Origin: a virus
IMG/VR virus record: IMGVR_UViG_3300005340_000038
Coordinates: 1-64,000 of that record
Length of the DNA stretch: 64,000 nucleotides
Strand: one strand, 5' to 3'
Under the pieces are notes generated by a model, which was given only the letters and a program-made list of their open reading frames with translations, was not told the DNA's origin and ran no database searches. Positions 9,188 to 18,045 of the stretch are shown here, piece after piece; position 1 is the stretch's first letter, and every line of letters begins with the position of its first letter. The translations under genes and the position numbers were made by a program.

Positions 9188-11608
9188 CTAGTCATACTTG
9201 ATACTCTCTCCGCACCGGCACAGCACATGCAGTGGTGCGCCCTCCATCGGTCCGTCAGGCGTCTGGAATTTCTCGCCCCACGGAACCCCGTCGGCATTCA
9301 TCGCCGCTGTCTCCTCGCAGAACGCCTCTAGCCGCTCGTCGGGCGTAACCACCAGAAAGCGACGCGCTCTATTCTTATCAATCGACCCAGAATCAACCGC
9401 CTGCGTCCACAGCATCCGCTGGCCCTCGTTCGCTGCGGTATACATCTCGTGTCGCGCAATCGTCTCAGCCCGCCGATAGAGCAGCGAGTCCGCATAGGTC
9501 TGCGCCCGTCGCTCGATCTCGCCATCCGGCCTACCATTCTCGGCCAGCTTAGCACGGAACTTCTCGACCTGTAGCCGTTGCTGTGGCAGGAGGCCGATGT
9601 GTGCCTGCACTTGCGCCGCAATCTCGCTCGCATCGAGGCTCTGCGCGATCCCATCTGCGATGATCTCGCGTACTGTAGCGCGGCTAGATTCGCTGATGTG
9701 CGTCACTAGCGCGGCGGCATTGCGTCTTGCGTAGTCAGCCAGGAACGCGATGGTTTCGTCGAACGAGAGCGGTGAGCCAACACGGTCGCTGAGTTCCCTC
9801 GCTGCGCCCTGCCCGCCATCACGCATGGCATTGGCGATTGCTGCGCCCAGGATGGCCCCTAGCGCCGCCTCTAGCGCACCCCAGGGGACCGCATCCCCTG
9901 CCGCTGCCTGCTGTGCTGAACGTAGGGCAATCTCTAGGCGTTGCATGTCGATACCGCGTTTCGCATCATCGAATGCGGCGAGTAGCTCACGTCTCAGCCC
10001 TGGCTCAAGACGGTCAGATACCCGGTGCACCATGAGGTAAAACTCATCGGGGTCAATCGCGTCAACATGACGTACTTTAGATACGATTTGCTTAGCCGTG
10101 GATTGCCTCTCTACCGGGTCATCTTCGATAGCGGGATCATTCTGCGGGTCGGCTTGGGGTTGTTGCGGGCCATTGCCGCCCTGGCCATTGCCGTTACCAC
10201 TCGCATCGCCACCGTTGCCATCCATGCCAGGCACATTGGTAGGCGCCGGCTCCTCGTATTCCAGGTCTGTCAGGCTATCGACATAGACCAGCCCACTCTG
10301 CACCACGTAGCCCGTGGCCTTCGGGTCTGCGTCATAGCCCTGAAGTTCTCGCCATTCGTTGACACTGAGCGCCCACGGGGCCGCTTGCGCTGCGGCTAGC
10401 TTCTCTTCTTTATCCTCAGGGATAGGCGAATCGTAATCGATAACCAGGCGTGCGTCATACTGAGGCATGAGACGGTATTGGAGCACCTCACGGAGATGCT
10501 CAAGTCTCGGGATGACGTTATTAGTGGCGAACAGAGTCTTGGACGCGATGATGGTGGCCTTGTTGCTGGCGTCTAGAATACCGAGTTGCTCAGGGGGGAT
10601 ACCGAGCACTTGGACAACCCGGTCACGTAGGCTGTCGCGGAGCTCAACAAATTGCTGGCTCTCAAAGCTGGTAGCGAGTTGATGAACCTCAAGCGAGCGC
10701 GTGCTAAACCACATTTTGAATGCCCGCATATATCCTTGCAGTTCATTTATCCACTTCTGCTTGAGACGGGTAAGATCATCGGCATTCGCTGGGCTATCAG
10801 TAGTCGGTGAGATAATCGTAGGAGATAACGCACCATTGAGGTAGTATGATTTGAGATACTTGCTGCTATACTCGTCTGCGTCAAACTCATCGCCTAGCGA
10901 CTTAACGATGCCGCTACCGCGGGCGAATGGGTTGAGCGGGTCGGGCGATACAAAGCGCAACACCTCCGTCTCAGGGATCACCCCTTGCCAGCCCTGGAAG
11001 CTGACTTCGTAACCCGGTTGCCCTGTATGCGGAATGGACACAATCCACGTTGGCGGAATGGGAACGGCAGATACAGGGATGTTACCTGTCCCACGTTCTA
11101 GGAGCCAGTACGCCTCGCCGAGAATGTCCAGGTAAATCTGAGTCAGCTTACGCAACGTGCTGCCCATGAAATAGGCACTAGGCGCATGTAGCAGGGTAAG
11201 TACGGGATGCTCTTGTATCTCAACCAATTGACCCCGTATACGCATCGTGTCCAGAGATTTGCAACGCGACTCGAATCCTGTACTGAGCATATCGCGTGGA
11301 GGAGCAACGAACTTAGGCCGATAAGGTCCAGGCCGACGCCCACGAGGGGCCTGCACGGCATAGACACGCCACGGGACAGCCGCGACGTTGCTGGCAATCA
11401 TGTCTGTGGTGGCGCGTAGCCATGGGATATTGCTGTACCCTTTAAGGAATTCAGTGGCACCACGGGGCGGAGAGGTACGGTTCGACAGGCCGGGCACGAC
11501 AGCGCCGAAATTAGAGGCGGATAGGTCTGCGGCACGAGTTTGCACCGCATCAGGCTCAGTGCTCATAAAGGCAGTAAAGGCGGATTGGAGTCTAGTGAGG
11601 AGCGGCAT
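9188..11608 (-). CDS. Portal protein (HK97-type) fused to C-terminal Mu gpF/SPP1 gp7-like minor head domain
   Basis: HPVLTLLHAP, ILGEAYW, GIPPEQLG, SVNEWR portal motifs; acidic G/N/Q/P linker; RAETIARHE and HVLCRC MuF motifs; TAATG coupling to TerL. Confidence 0.88.
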   Translation of the reverse strand: MPLLTRLQSAFTAFMSTEPDAVQTRAADLSASNFGAVVPGLSNRTSPPRGATEFLKGYSNIPWLRATTDMIASNVAAVPWRVYAVQAPRGRRPGPYRPKFVAPPRDMLSTGFESRCKSLDTMRIRGQLVEIQEHPVLTLLHAPSAYFMGSTLRKLTQIYLDILGEAYWLLERGTGNIPVSAVPIPPTWIVSIPHTGQPGYEVSFQGWQGVIPETEVLRFVSPDPLNPFARGSGIVKSLGDEFDADEYSSKYLKSYYLNGALSPTIISPTTDSPANADDLTRLKQKWINELQGYMRAFKMWFSTRSLEVHQLATSFESQQFVELRDSLRDRVVQVLGIPPEQLGILDASNKATIIASKTLFATNNVIPRLEHLREVLQYRLMPQYDARLVIDYDSPIPEDKEEKLAAAQAAPWALSVNEWRELQGYDADPKATGYVVQSGLVYVDSLTDLEYEEPAPTNVPGMDGNGGDASGNGNGQGGNGPQQPQADPQNDPAIEDDPVERQSTAKQIVSKVRHVDAIDPDEFYLMVHRVSDRLEPGLRRELLAAFDDAKRGIDMQRLEIALRSAQQAAAGDAVPWGALEAALGAILGAAIANAMRDGGQGAARELSDRVGSPLSFDETIAFLADYARRNAAALVTHISESSRATVREIIADGIAQSLDASEIAAQVQAHIGLLPQQRLQVEKFRAKLAENGRPDGEIERRAQTYADSLLYRRAETIARHEMYTAANEGQRMLWTQAVDSGSIDKNRARRFLVVTPDERLEAFCEETAAMNADGVPWGEKFQTPDGPMEGAPLHVLCRCGESIKYD

Positions 11609-13200
11609 TAGAGTATGTCCCACTGGAGAGCCTGGCGAACAGGCGCAAATGTCAACCCAAGTCCATCGGCTAAGTCCGGCGAACCCGCCTCAAGTTCATT
11701 GTCTTTTAGCCGACCCTTCATTGCTTTCTTGCTCTCGATGACGAGCCGCCCGTTGCTATCAATACCAGCCAATTTGATACTAGATAGCTCGCCGCTTAGC
11801 GTATCCATATGATCGGGTGGGCCTGCAAATATCGGCTCTTCATCTCGGAGCCATTGCATCATCTGAATCCAGAGATAATCGCGCAATGATTGACCCACAG
11901 CATCAGCCTTCTGATCTACCCAATCAGGCACAGACTCTGTTACATTCACAGCGTAAACTTCAGCATGGAGCTGGTCCTGTGGCGGGATTAACCCTAGCTT
12001 GCTCTGTGCACGTATCTCTTTCAGCCTGTCGTAGACGCCAGCCCCAAGCCCCACCACATCAACGAATATCTCATCTACGTCCCAAGCGCGTGCGTGGATA
12101 ATAGCCTTGCCGACTGTGATCATTGTCTCTTGCTTAGCATCAACTTCGGCATGAGAGACGAGTCTCCCGTGACGGCAGACATACGTGATGCGGTCGTCGC
12201 CAAACCTAGCCACGTCAATCCCCATACGGCGTTTGCCACGAGGCTTATAGTCGCCAATCTCGCGGTGTAAGGCTAGCTCAACATACTCAATCGAAATAAA
12301 GCTGTCGTCGTCGGCATTGGGAAACTCGCCGTCAGCACGAACACGAACGATATTAGACGACTCGCCGTACTTGCGGACTAACCCATCACGGTAGCCGGGC
12401 GCACTGAGCGGCGAATCCTGAGACCTAAAATGCAGTGCTGTATATTCTGCTCGGTGCTCTTTATGACTCGCGGCGAAAAACCCACGGTTGCGCGTCGGGT
12501 TGCCGATCATCAGAACGCGAGAGTTAGGCGATGCTAGCGCACCTTCTGCCGCCTCATAGATCGTGTCAGGGATACCCGAGCTTTCGTCGAGGATAAACAG
12601 CAACTCAGCCGTAAACTCACTCTCATCACCTACTAGGGCATCACCTGATTCACTAACTTCAACCTCAGACGCATGAAGGCCTTGCAACGCTTCAGGGTTC
12701 TCTTTTCGTGCTGTACGAGCAACCGCATACCATTCTCTCGGTGCGCCCAAATCGTAGAGACGATCATGCGTCAACTCAAACATGTTGGTGACCCACAATC
12801 GCTCGTGGTCGCCTCTCTGTCGTGATAGATCACGTGATCGACGACGCCACTTAGCCAGTTCACCCCAGAGAATGTCATGGAGCTGATGCCCTGACGGCGC
12901 TGTACACGCACACCGAGAGAAATCTCGCGTCTCGATGTGCCAGAGGATGATACCCGCTGCAATCGCATCTTTCCCGATGTTATGGCCAGAGCGGACGCTG
13001 ACTTTTGCACCTGGAGGCGTGATAGCATCGAGTATCTGTCGTTGCTGCCATGTTGGGTTGAGACCGAGACGTTGCCGACAATACCGCTCAGGGTCGCCAT
13101 GCCACAAGCGACGAAGCGTCTTGTACGCTTCGTATTGCTCGGCAAAGCCAGCTGGATAAGCCTCGCTAGTCTTTTTCGTCTTTTTGCTTGCTGCGGTCAT
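11608..13200 (-). CDS. terL: Terminase large subunit
   Basis: VSVRSGHNIGK Walker A, FILDES Walker B, IGNPTR, GIDVARFGDD and SPDLAD nuclease motifs. Confidence 0.93.
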   Translation of the reverse strand: MTAASKKTKKTSEAYPAGFAEQYEAYKTLRRLWHGDPERYCRQRLGLNPTWQQRQILDAITPPGAKVSVRSGHNIGKDAIAAGIILWHIETRDFSRCACTAPSGHQLHDILWGELAKWRRRSRDLSRQRGDHERLWVTNMFELTHDRLYDLGAPREWYAVARTARKENPEALQGLHASEVEVSESGDALVGDESEFTAELLFILDESSGIPDTIYEAAEGALASPNSRVLMIGNPTRNRGFFAASHKEHRAEYTALHFRSQDSPLSAPGYRDGLVRKYGESSNIVRVRADGEFPNADDDSFISIEYVELALHREIGDYKPRGKRRMGIDVARFGDDRITYVCRHGRLVSHAEVDAKQETMITVGKAIIHARAWDVDEIFVDVVGLGAGVYDRLKEIRAQSKLGLIPPQDQLHAEVYAVNVTESVPDWVDQKADAVGQSLRDYLWIQMMQWLRDEEPIFAGPPDHMDTLSGELSSIKLAGIDSNGRLVIESKKAMKGRLKDNELEAGSPDLADGLGLTFAPVRQALQWDIL

Positions 13201-13537
13201 AATCCAATAGCCCGGCCAACCCCTGGCCTGATACAGTCATATCAACCTCGGAACGCTCGACATAGCCTCGGTCGCGGCCTATCGTTTTGAGCGTGAGCGA
13301 GACAGCCCACCCCTCTCCGCGCATGACCGCGTTATACAGGGCTAATTCTGCAACATCGATAAACTTCCCACGCTCGGCTTTAAGCGCATCAGCCACGATA
13401 GGGTATCTATCTCGGTAATCGTAAATCATCTGCGCTGAACAGCCTAACCGCTCAGCAGCATGATAAACGCCGCCCTTCATCTCTATCAATGCCTGAGCGA
13501 CTTGCTCTGGCTGAAATTTTGGTTTGCTGCCAGCCAT
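13166..13537 (-). CDS. terS: Terminase small subunit (HTH)
   Basis: 123 aa, N-terminal HTH (AAERLGCS), LKTIGRDRGYVER; immediately upstream of TerL. Confidence 0.7.
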   Translation of the reverse strand: MAGSKPKFQPEQVAQALIEMKGGVYHAAERLGCSAQMIYDYRDRYPIVADALKAERGKFIDVAELALYNAVMRGEGWAVSLTLKTIGRDRGYVERSEVDMTVSGQGLAGLLDYDRSKQKDEKD

Positions 13538-13592
13538 AAATAACTCTCATGCGCGCATAGATAACAAAATGATAAATACGAAACCAGCAATC

Positions 13593-14528
13593 TCACTCGA
13601 CCTGACCTTGCGCAAAGTCAGATTTTTTATTCTGCGCTGACTCAGAGAGCGACTCAACGAGAAGATTTTTCACAGCTTGGCTCTTGATCTCAGGCTTAGC
13701 TTGGACGAGATGCATCCCGAATTCATTTTTTGAATTCTCTAGTGACGCCCAATCGATATCTTTTCGCCTAATGAGAGGCGTGTCAAAGTGACCCCAAGTA
13801 TACCGAATAACATGTTGCGGACGCTTGAACCTACGCTTCGTCTCAACGACATACGGCCACTCTCTCTCAAGGCTACGTGCCATTCTGAGCCTACCGTCAC
13901 CTTGATATAGTTCTGTCATATTGCCTCCTTTCATCGTCATCGTCGTCATTTTGTCTATGAGAAAGATATTCGTTAGTATTGTACATAATCCCATAGATAA
14001 GACTTGAAGACACAAATCTGTATCTTCGTTGTATCGCCCTCTCCATCTTACACTCATATTATTTAATATCAATAAACATGAATAGACGTGGACATTTAAA
14101 GTAAATGCGTTAATGCTAGTTTTATCTTTTGCGAAAAACGTATAATTCATTCCCGCTATGCCAATATTCTCATATCGATCTACAAACTCTTCTATAGCTG
14201 AGAATGCAGGCCCTGATGCACATTCTATTCTCCTTGTTTTGTATCTTCTCCGAATCCTCCTAATGTTGTCATCTAGAATCCAATGCCTATCATGTCCTGA
14301 ATCTTTTGAATGCTCCCAAATCCAATTTCTAGCAGGTATTGAACCCAATCCTAAGTTACTAAATGGCAATGTCAAGATATGATGTTTAGATATAGATTTT
14401 CTATACAAATGCTCTTCTTGCGGCTCTACTACAATGTAGAACGGCACATTGTCTTTTTCTAAAAAATTAGCAGTCAGAGGTTTCTCATACCTCCCTTTCG
14501 ATACTATATAAATAGGATATTTAGTCAT
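13593..14528 (-). CDS. TET-associated/GREB1-like glycosyltransferase (GT-A fold)
   Basis: PIYIVSKGR, HWILDDNI (DxD-like), WRGRYNEDTDLCLQVL, KGGN motifs. Confidence 0.72.
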   Translation of the reverse strand: MTKYPIYIVSKGRYEKPLTANFLEKDNVPFYIVVEPQEEHLYRKSISKHHILTLPFSNLGLGSIPARNWIWEHSKDSGHDRHWILDDNIRRIRRRYKTRRIECASGPAFSAIEEFVDRYENIGIAGMNYTFFAKDKTSINAFTLNVHVYSCLLILNNMSVRWRGRYNEDTDLCLQVLSMGLCTILTNIFLIDKMTTMTMKGGNMTELYQGDGRLRMARSLEREWPYVVETKRRFKRPQHVIRYTWGHFDTPLIRRKDIDWASLENSKNEFGMHLVQAKPEIKSQAVKNLLVESLSESAQNKKSDFAQGQVE

Positions 14529-14531
14529 TTT

Positions 14532-15599
14532 TTACTCATTGAATCTTAAAGAAGCTATATCTTCTCTTTCAGTATAAGGCCACCTCGTACTCCAGGTCTT
14601 AGAAGATTTGTAATCTATTATAATGCCATTTTCTTCTACAAATCTTTCTCTGTCTGACTCATTATTAAAATTCATGATTATTTTGAAGTATTCTTCGCCT
14701 GTATCATAGTCTGGCATCCCCATCCACTCAGCCGCTTCATTCTTATCTCTAATTTCACTCTCTGGCCTAGTCACCATAAGTAGTGCACTCAATTGCTCTT
14801 CATTGAATCCAGAGCCAATAAGCCCATCAGCATCATTGCCGAGAATAGATTTAAGCATCTCAGTCAATTTTCTATCATCTACTATCGCATAATGAGAAAT
14901 TTCATTATCACTAACAAGAACTTTTAGAGCGCGAGTATCTAGCGAATCGATGTCGAGTATAATAGCCGGAACATATTTTTTACCCATTTTCTTAGATGCC
15001 TCAACAACACCGTGCCCAGCTAGTATCGTATAGTCTCTAGAGACAATCACATTTCTATAATATCCGTTTTTCTTTATGCTATGTATGATATGATCAATTT
15101 GGTCATCAGGATGCTCTTTATAATTATTAGGATGCTTCTTCAAGTCTGAAATTTTCAATCGTGCTACCATGAATGGGTCTACAGAAGAAAAATAAACTTG
15201 GTCTAAAGTTTCTCGAATGTAACTACTATTTGTTGAGAAATCTTTTAGTAATTTTTCTAATTGATCCGAGCTAGATTCTGCTAAAGCCGTAATAGGGTCA
15301 AGAGACAATAGAATCAGCTTTTCTTCTTCTTCGCTCAACTCCACATAGACGACAGGGACTTCTTTGGCTTTTTGCTCTAATGCAAGCGCCACACGGAGAT
15401 GGCCATCAATGAGATGGTTGGTTGTCTTGTTCACCACGACTTGCTGTACCCACCCTACATCGCGGAGGACATCGTTGAGTACAGCTTTCTGCGTCTCGGG
15501 GTGAACGCGCCAATTGAGCGGGTGCGTCATCTTGCTCAGGTCTTTAGGCGATTCTGCGCCATGCCCTACAATGCGGTTCGTATATGATGAGTCGGCCAT
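14532..15599 (-). CDS. Protein with two tandem ParB/Srx-like domains
   Basis: HPLNWRVH...LIDGHLR and HPNNYKEH...ILAGHG...DN motifs. Confidence 0.8.
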   Translation of the reverse strand: MADSSYTNRIVGHGAESPKDLSKMTHPLNWRVHPETQKAVLNDVLRDVGWVQQVVVNKTTNHLIDGHLRVALALEQKAKEVPVVYVELSEEEEKLILLSLDPITALAESSSDQLEKLLKDFSTNSSYIRETLDQVYFSSVDPFMVARLKISDLKKHPNNYKEHPDDQIDHIIHSIKKNGYYRNVIVSRDYTILAGHGVVEASKKMGKKYVPAIILDIDSLDTRALKVLVSDNEISHYAIVDDRKLTEMLKSILGNDADGLIGSGFNEEQLSALLMVTRPESEIRDKNEAAEWMGMPDYDTGEEYFKIIMNFNNESDRERFVEENGIIIDYKSSKTWSTRWPYTEREDIASLRFNE

Positions 15600-18035
15600 C
15601 TACTTCCCTGTCCCTGGACTGCTTGACATACCACCTGATGCCTTACTCACTAGCACCGTTGACGTGTTGCTATATACATATTCACCACCGCTTGTGCGGC
15701 CTCTTGCCTGCCACCGGTGTGGGCCATTCGATACAAACTCGGTATTCCATTCGATTGCATACGGCGGGTCGATATCCTCATCACCGTAATCCGCATCATC
15801 CATCAGAAATGTCACTCCGACAATATCGCCGGTAGCTGTGACCGTGATAGGTATATCCTCAACATCATTAAACATCGCACCGTCATGAGGGGCATCGAGT
15901 GCAACCGATGGCTGCGAAACTACAACTGGCATCGCTGAGACTTCAGACGAGTTCGTACTCTCAGCACCGTTATCAGATGATATAACATAATAGTATGTTA
16001 TATCATTTGATACATCATAATCATTATATAATGTCCCGCCAACTCTAGCAATCTCAGTGTATGGGCCGCCCTGGATCGTGCCCCGCTTGACATGATAACT
16101 CGTCGAGTCGCCTACTTCTGACCATCCAATCGTAATCACGCCGCCACTTGCCGATGCGGTGACGGTTTGAGGTGCTACGGGCAGGTTCGACTGGATCTCT
16201 GGCATCGCGCTAACTTGAGAAGAAACAACACTTTCTGCGCCATTGCGTACAGTGATGATGACGTAGTAATAGGTCGTGCCGTTGGTGACAGAGCTATTGG
16301 TATACTGGTTGATCGAGGGCTGTGCAATCTCGGTGTAAGGGCCACCCGAGACGGTACCGCGCTTGACACGGTAAAATGTTGCGCCTGCGACGCTGTCCCA
16401 CGACAGAGCGACCTGGCCGTTACCTGCCATAGCGACAACATTACTAGGAGCGGGAGGTATCGTCGGCGGGTCACAGGTCGTCGTCACGCTAGTTCCATAG
16501 GTCGAGCCGATGCGATCCGTACTACATGCGCTGAGATGAAGCGCGCCTATCGTCGTGCCGTCGGTAGCCAGAATGCGGGCATTAGAGAGCGTGTCAGGCG
16601 TGAGGTCACCACCTGAGTAGAAACGCGGTCGCCAATCCTCATTGAGTGACCCCGCATCACAGTTGCACAGAGCGCGCCAGGCATCGAGCGTAGAAAAGTC
16701 GGCATCGCTCGCTTGCCCCGATTTGTTCCACGCGCCCACGCGATTGGTTGGCGTGACAGACGGGCCGACCCAGTAGATGTTACGGTCTACGCCTGTCGCA
16801 TCGCCAAATGTACTGCGCGTGTGCACCGCGCCATTGCCGTTGTTGACGCTATTGCCGACCATGCAGAGGTTGTACTGAGCGGTGAGCGGCGTGCCCTGGT
16901 GGAGTAGCATGCATGTGGCGACATCAACGATGGTGTTATGTGTAAAGCTACCGGCGTTGCCTGATGTCTCAAGGCGATAACCAAGCGGCCAGCCATTGAT
17001 GACGTTGTAGCGGTAGGTGTTGCCATAGGCGCGAGAGCCGTTATAGATGGCGGCACGGTCTATTTCGTCGGAGTTACCGAGCACAGTGAATTCATAGCCG
17101 ACTGCATCGACGATAGGCTTATTGCTGATGTAGTTGTATTCAGCAATATTACTCTCTGCGCCGTTTTCGATGTAAATACCATGATTTGACATGCCGCTCA
17201 GCGTGCCAAGCGCCGAGCAGGTTTGCGCGTCGAGCGACTCGATGGCGTTTTGCCGAATGGTGATGCCGGTTGACTCGCCTGAGACGTGGATACCTGTCAC
17301 GGTCGCCTTGCCATCGCTGCCTACCGCACATATGCCGTTCTGAATGCCGTTGTTCTCAATCGTGCCGTCCTTGATACCCGCAACGCGAATGCCCTCTACG
17401 ATATAGCCGTAGATCGTATTGTCCTTGATGACGACATTACGAATCCATTTTTCATCAGGGCAGGTATTCTGCCCGCTATCGCACTGATTCGCGGTGTTAT
17501 CGATGTTGATGACGCGCGATTTCTCATAGCTCACGGGGCCGCTCGATGTGCCCCAATTTGTGAACGTGTTGCCCTGAATGGTGATGTTTCGGCTATTGGT
17601 CGCAGACGTCGTATTGATCATCGAGAGCGCGAAATGGCTTGTGGTTTTGCCCGTACAAGCGAATGTCAGCCCCTGGATGGTGACGTTGTTATTGTTCGCG
17701 AGATTGATTGACCCCTGAAAATTCCCCAGGTTGCCGTTGCATAGGATGGGCACATGACCCGGAGACGGTTCAATCACAATGGGATTGCCGTCGCATCCCG
17801 ATTTCGTGAGAGTCGCTTGCCCGGAATACTCACCCGTCGAGGACATGATACGGATATGGTCACCACATCCTAACGTGCTGAGGTTAAATGCGTTTTGGAT
17901 GCTGCAAAACGGCGAGGATGCAGAGCCGAGGCCGGGGCAGGCGTTGTCTCGGTCCACATAAATATCAGAGGCACGCGCCAGTCCGGTGCAGGCTAGCATC
18001 ACGATACAGAGGGTGATATAGGCATATCGTTGCAT
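15600..18035 (-). CDS. Secreted right-handed beta-helix protein with FN3-like and Ig-like domains
   Basis: Signal peptide (LARA/SD), IYVD...PFCSIQ start, N-rich helix repeats, two LSWD/IGWS...YYYVI FN3 repeats, PPYAIEWNT Ig domain. Confidence 0.75.
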   Translation of the reverse strand: MQRYAYITLCIVMLACTGLARASDIYVDRDNACPGLGSASSPFCSIQNAFNLSTLGCGDHIRIMSSTGEYSGQATLTKSGCDGNPIVIEPSPGHVPILCNGNLGNFQGSINLANNNNVTIQGLTFACTGKTTSHFALSMINTTSATNSRNITIQGNTFTNWGTSSGPVSYEKSRVINIDNTANQCDSGQNTCPDEKWIRNVVIKDNTIYGYIVEGIRVAGIKDGTIENNGIQNGICAVGSDGKATVTGIHVSGESTGITIRQNAIESLDAQTCSALGTLSGMSNHGIYIENGAESNIAEYNYISNKPIVDAVGYEFTVLGNSDEIDRAAIYNGSRAYGNTYRYNVINGWPLGYRLETSGNAGSFTHNTIVDVATCMLLHQGTPLTAQYNLCMVGNSVNNGNGAVHTRSTFGDATGVDRNIYWVGPSVTPTNRVGAWNKSGQASDADFSTLDAWRALCNCDAGSLNEDWRPRFYSGGDLTPDTLSNARILATDGTTIGALHLSACSTDRIGSTYGTSVTTTCDPPTIPPAPSNVVAMAGNGQVALSWDSVAGATFYRVKRGTVSGGPYTEIAQPSINQYTNSSVTNGTTYYYVIITVRNGAESVVSSQVSAMPEIQSNLPVAPQTVTASASGGVITIGWSEVGDSTSYHVKRGTIQGGPYTEIARVGGTLYNDYDVSNDITYYYVISSDNGAESTNSSEVSAMPVVVSQPSVALDAPHDGAMFNDVEDIPITVTATGDIVGVTFLMDDADYGDEDIDPPYAIEWNTEFVSNGPHRWQARGRTSGGEYVYSNTSTVLVSKASGGMSSSPGTGK

Positions 18036-18045
18036 CGCTGTGCCT

